DNA of 64,000 nt, from contig OZ242180.1 of the NCBI GenBank assembly GCA_965205485.1, forward strand, positions 3,488,001 to 3,552,000. The letters run 5' to 3'. Under the pieces are notes generated by a model. The model was not told where the DNA came from and did not search any database. It worked only from the letters and a program-made list of their open reading frames with translations. This document shows positions 60,318 to 64,000 of this stretch, in pieces (within the stretch, counting starts at the first letter, position 1; each line of letters opens with the position of its first letter). The position numbers and the translations under genes are program-made. Origin of the DNA: Candidatus Latescibacterota bacterium (GTDB lineage Bacteria > Latescibacterota > UBA2968 > GCA-2709665).

Positions 60318-62384
60318 ATGAAACGACGGATCGGTGCGCTGCTGCCGGCGCTGGCCGCCGTGTGCGTCCTTCTTCAATGTAGCGAACCCGAAAAACCCCC
60401 GCCGTCCAGGTATACTGGCGACCTTTCCGAGTTGGTTTCGAGAGGCAGACTGAGGGCGATCGTCCCTCTCGAGGCGGTCGAATATATGCCTCGTCATGGA
60501 GAGCAGGTGACGCTCTCCTACGACGTCGCCCGGGAGCTTGCGGAGGCGTTCAAGCTGCAGCCCGTGCTCGTCGAGGTGGGAGACTTTTCCAAGATGATGG
60601 TGAAATTGATGGAAGGCGAGGGCGACATAGCGGTGGCAAGCCTGACCATTACGCCTGAACGCCAGAAACGTGCCGCATTCTCTGTCCCGTACATGTACGT
60701 GGATGAATACCTGGTTACGAGGTCCAACGGCAGGATGCCCGAGAACATCGAAGACCTTGCGGGTATGGAAATCAGCGTGCGCCGTTCCAGCTCTTATTAT
60801 CAGACGCTCATCGACCTCAGGCGACAGATACCGTCCCTGCGAATCCGGACCGTACCGGAAACCCTGAACATTGAGTCCTTGCTCGATGGCGTCGCTCGAG
60901 GCGAATACGATGCAACCGTGTCCGACTCACATCTCTGGCATGCCCTTGCGAGCTACCACGACAATCTGGCGACGCCGCTCGTGCTGGCCGAAGACCGCCC
61001 GATCGCCGTGATGATGAGGCCGGACGATACCGAGCTCAAGACCAGGGTGGACGAGTACCTGCTGGCCCGGCACTTCACGCGGTTGCGCCAGCGCGAATTC
61101 ACGGACGATCTTCCCGGCCTGATCGAGCGCGGCCGCCTGCGCATGATTACGCGCAACAACGCGATGACCTATTTCATCCACCGGGGCCTGCAGGTCGGAT
61201 TCGAGTACGAACTGATGAAAAAGTTCGCATCGGAACACGGCCTGCGCCTCGAGGTCGTTATCCCGAATTCTCATGCTGAGCTGTTGTCCTATTTGAACGA
61301 CGGCAAGGGAGACGTGGTGGCCGCGGCGATGACCATAACTCCGGAACGGTTGGCGGAGGCGGATTTTACGCGGCCGTATAACGAAGTGGAGGAAGTCGTC
61401 GTCGCACGTGAGGACGACGATTCGATCGAGTCAATCCGGGACCTGGCGGGCAGGACTTTCCACGTGCGCGGGAGTTCTTCTTTCTACACGACGTTGACGG
61501 CGTTGCAGGATTCCGTGGATGACCTCCGGATCGTCAGACTACCGGAAGACGTCGAGACCGAAGAGATCATGGTGGGGGTCGAGTCCGGCCTGTACGACCT
61601 GACACTGGTCGATTCCAACCTGTACGACGTTGAGCGCACCTACGGTTTGAAACTGAAAGACGCCCTCAGCATCAAGTCCACGACGCTCGGCTGGGCGGTC
61701 CGCAGGGACAATCCGGCCCTGCTGGGATCGCTGAACGAGTACATCCGGCGCGAAAAAGGCGGTCTCTACTTCAACATGATGAAGAAACGGTATTTCGAGA
61801 ACCCCCGACGGATTGCGAGAGCAAAGGACTCAACGCGGGTCGGCATCAGCGGACAGTTGTCGCCTTACGATGATCTTGTGAAAAAGTACGCGCAGCGATA
61901 CAATCAGGACTGGCGCCTGATTACCGCACAGATGTACCAGGAATCGAAATTCGATCCCGATGCCGTCAGCTGGGTGGGCGCAATAGGATTGATGCAGGTG
62001 ATGCCGAAAACCGGGCTCCAACTCGGTTTCGAAAACCTGGAGGACCCGAACGAGGGTATCCATGCCGGAACGAAGTACTTGCATCAGCTGATCCAGCGAT
62101 TCGACCTGGAGATTCCAATGCAGTCGCGGATTCACTTTGCACTGGCGTCCTATAACGTCGGTTACGGACATCTCCTGGATGCCCGCCGCCTGGCGCGCGA
62201 AAAGGGATGGGACGCCAACCGCTGGTTCGGCAATGTGGAGCATGCAATGCGCCTGCTTTCGCAACCGGCCTATTACGAGCGGGCGCGTTTCGGGTACTGC
62301 CGCGGCGGCCAGCCCGTCTATTACGTCGAGAAGATACAGAGTTTGTACGACGCTTACGTGGAGGTGCTGGACACCGCACAATGA
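60318..62384 (+). CDS. mltF: Membrane-bound lytic transglycosylase F-like protein (two SBP family 3 domains plus SLT)
   Basis: Lipoprotein-like signal (LLQC), two RGRLR..TITPER domains, YQESKF, GLMQ, ASYNVG. Confidence 0.9.
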   Translation: MKRRIGALLPALAAVCVLLQCSEPEKPPPSRYTGDLSELVSRGRLRAIVPLEAVEYMPRHGEQVTLSYDVARELAEAFKLQPVLVEVGDFSKMMVKLMEGEGDIAVASLTITPERQKRAAFSVPYMYVDEYLVTRSNGRMPENIEDLAGMEISVRRSSSYYQTLIDLRRQIPSLRIRTVPETLNIESLLDGVARGEYDATVSDSHLWHALASYHDNLATPLVLAEDRPIAVMMRPDDTELKTRVDEYLLARHFTRLRQREFTDDLPGLIERGRLRMITRNNAMTYFIHRGLQVGFEYELMKKFASEHGLRLEVVIPNSHAELLSYLNDGKGDVVAAAMTITPERLAEADFTRPYNEVEEVVVAREDDDSIESIRDLAGRTFHVRGSSSFYTTLTALQDSVDDLRIVRLPEDVETEEIMVGVESGLYDLTLVDSNLYDVERTYGLKLKDALSIKSTTLGWAVRRDNPALLGSLNEYIRREKGGLYFNMMKKRYFENPRRIARAKDSTRVGISGQLSPYDDLVKKYAQRYNQDWRLITAQMYQESKFDPDAVSWVGAIGLMQVMPKTGLQLGFENLEDPNEGIHAGTKYLHQLIQRFDLEIPMQSRIHFALASYNVGYGHLLDARRLAREKGWDANRWFGNVEHAMRLLSQPAYYERARFGYCRGGQPVYYVEKIQSLYDAYVEVLDTAQ

Positions 62385-62445
62385 ACGGGAAGCGCAGACC
62401 ACAGCCGACGTTGGAGCGGGTTGAATTGCACGAAGATCCCGGCTT

Positions 62446-63228
62446 ATGAGAGAAGGGTACAATGTGAATGAATATCACCGCGCGAACCGTGCCCGCTGGA
62501 ACCTTGGGGCCGAAGCGTGGGCTGCCATGCACGACCGGCGAGGAACATGGCGAATTGCTCACAGACAGCCCGAGCATGTCTTCCTGCCGCAAGAGATGGA
62601 TCTGATTGGGGATGCGGAAAGAAAGGACGTCTGCGTGCTGGGCAGCGGCGACAACCTGGCAGTCTTCGCGTTCGCCGGTATGGGCGCAAGGGTCACGTCC
62701 GTCGACATTTCGGTGGAACAACTGGCGGTGGCGGAACGGCGTGCCCGCGAACTGGGTTTGACCATTGAGTTCGTCGAGTCGGACGTTGCTGACCTTGGAT
62801 GTTTGGAAAACGCCAGCTTCGACATCGTGTACACAGGAGGTCACGTGGCCATTTGGGTTTCCGATCTCAGGGCGTATTACCGCGAAGCCATCCGCATTCT
62901 ACGCCGGAGGGGTCTGTTTCTCGTCAACGAGTACCATCCGATTCGACGGATCTGGAAGAATCGGGCTTCGTCGCTGGAAGTCGGGTTCAGCTATTTTGAC
63001 AACGGCCCGCATGAGTACCGCGCATCTGAGGACGTGCTTGAAAAAGCGTCTGGTGAAGTGAAGCAGTACGAATTTCACTGGACGGTTTCAGAGTATCTCA
63101 GGGCCGTCATCGAGCAGGGCGTCGATCTGATCAGGTTCGAAGAAATCGGGGATGAAGCCGAGGGATGGGAGGGCGCGCCGCTTCAGGGCCTGCCCCAAAT
63201 GCTCTTGATCGCGGGGAGAAAAGTCTGA
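62446..63228 (+). CDS. Class I SAM-dependent methyltransferase
   Basis: VLGSGD, VDIS, FDIVYTG, YHP; start may be GTG 62464. Confidence 0.9.
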   Translation: MREGYNVNEYHRANRARWNLGAEAWAAMHDRRGTWRIAHRQPEHVFLPQEMDLIGDAERKDVCVLGSGDNLAVFAFAGMGARVTSVDISVEQLAVAERRARELGLTIEFVESDVADLGCLENASFDIVYTGGHVAIWVSDLRAYYREAIRILRRRGLFLVNEYHPIRRIWKNRASSLEVGFSYFDNGPHEYRASEDVLEKASGEVKQYEFHWTVSEYLRAVIEQGVDLIRFEEIGDEAEGWEGAPLQGLPQMLLIAGRKV

Positions 63229-63246
63229 ACCAGAGGTATATTCCAA

Positions 63247-63771
63247 ATGACGACTTTCCGTCTCATCCGGCACGGCGAACCCGACTGGACCCTGGCAGCC
63301 GGCGGTAATCTGAAGGACAGGGAGGACGGCTGGGCGGTACATATCGTTCCGTTGACCCAAACCGGCATCGGCGAGATCGAACAAGCATCAGAATCTCTTG
63401 TAGCTGAAGATTATCAACTGGTTATTTCTTCTCCCATGACACGTGCGTTCCAGTCGGCCACCGTCATCAGCCGGATTCTCGACCTCGATCTTCGCGTCGA
63501 ATTCGATCTGCACGAATGGGTATGCGCGTGGCGACCCTCGCTTGAGCTCGTCGATAAGACCGTAGCCGAGATGCTGTCGCTCGGAGGCGAATGGCCGTCC
63601 GGCGAGACGAGAGACTGGGAGCCGCTATCGAGCGTACGCGCGCGCGTCACTCGTGTTCTGGATCGTTACGGAGACTTCGAGCGCATAGTTGTGGTCTGTC
63701 ACGAAACCGTGATTTTCTCGCTCACTGAAAAATGGGTGGGACACGCCGAATCAATAACGCTGGAGAGATAG
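63247..63771 (+). CDS. Histidine phosphatase family protein
   Basis: LIRHGE, SSPMTRAFQSA, LHE, VVCH. Confidence 0.93.
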   Translation: MTTFRLIRHGEPDWTLAAGGNLKDREDGWAVHIVPLTQTGIGEIEQASESLVAEDYQLVISSPMTRAFQSATVISRILDLDLRVEFDLHEWVCAWRPSLELVDKTVAEMLSLGGEWPSGETRDWEPLSSVRARVTRVLDRYGDFERIVVVCHETVIFSLTEKWVGHAESITLER

Positions 63772-64000
63772 CCGCCTTCGCTCGCAATACCTTTTTTGCC
63801 CACTTGAAATAACCCAGGGACCTCGCCGTCGCCATGGGCTTTTATTTTGTCAAAAATGAAACCTGCTACGAGAATTGGTGTCATATAGGAAAAAGGGAGG
63901 TCGCCAATGATTCCTCAATTCAAGTGGTATTGCTGCCGGCATTTGCTTCGGATTGTCTGTATGGATTGTCGTTTCGCAGACAATAAGACATTCATCTTCC

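Noticed and set aside
112..63771. Integron with attC sites
   Set aside because: No recurring RYYYAAC...GTTRRRY structure seen after genes, many gaps too short, no intI; a covariance search would be needed to exclude it fully

Overview
Bacterial accessory region of roughly 60% GC (by eye) with about 60 genes and no rRNA, tRNA, CRISPR array, integrase or transposase that I can support. Almost every gene is a short stand-alone enzyme on the + strand: GNATs, GFA, VOC, NUDIX, HAD and histidine phosphatases, methyltransferases, APH-like and AadA-like enzymes, hydrolases and MltF. These are interspersed with four toxin-antitoxin loci (BrnT/BrnA, a frameshifted RelE-like toxin with an XRE partner, MazEF, and an orphan HigA) and several families of REP/MITE-like repeats. 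The stand-out feature is a minus-strand metal-uptake locus at 12850-18553 built from two tandem units of [His-rich, CxxC, C-terminal RAPP leader peptide] - [about 300-nt paralogous UTR with a near-invariant hairpin block] - [effector]. The effectors are a three-repeat His-containing lipoprotein and a ZnuD-like TonB-dependent receptor. This resembles CruR/CutF (DUF2946) ribosome-stalling metal sensors, but duplicated in series and probably not copper-specific. Three different ~160-bp MITEs have inserted in the two UTRs, and two of their empty sites are visible in the paralogous copy. All family assignments are from motif recognition by eye; no database searches were run.
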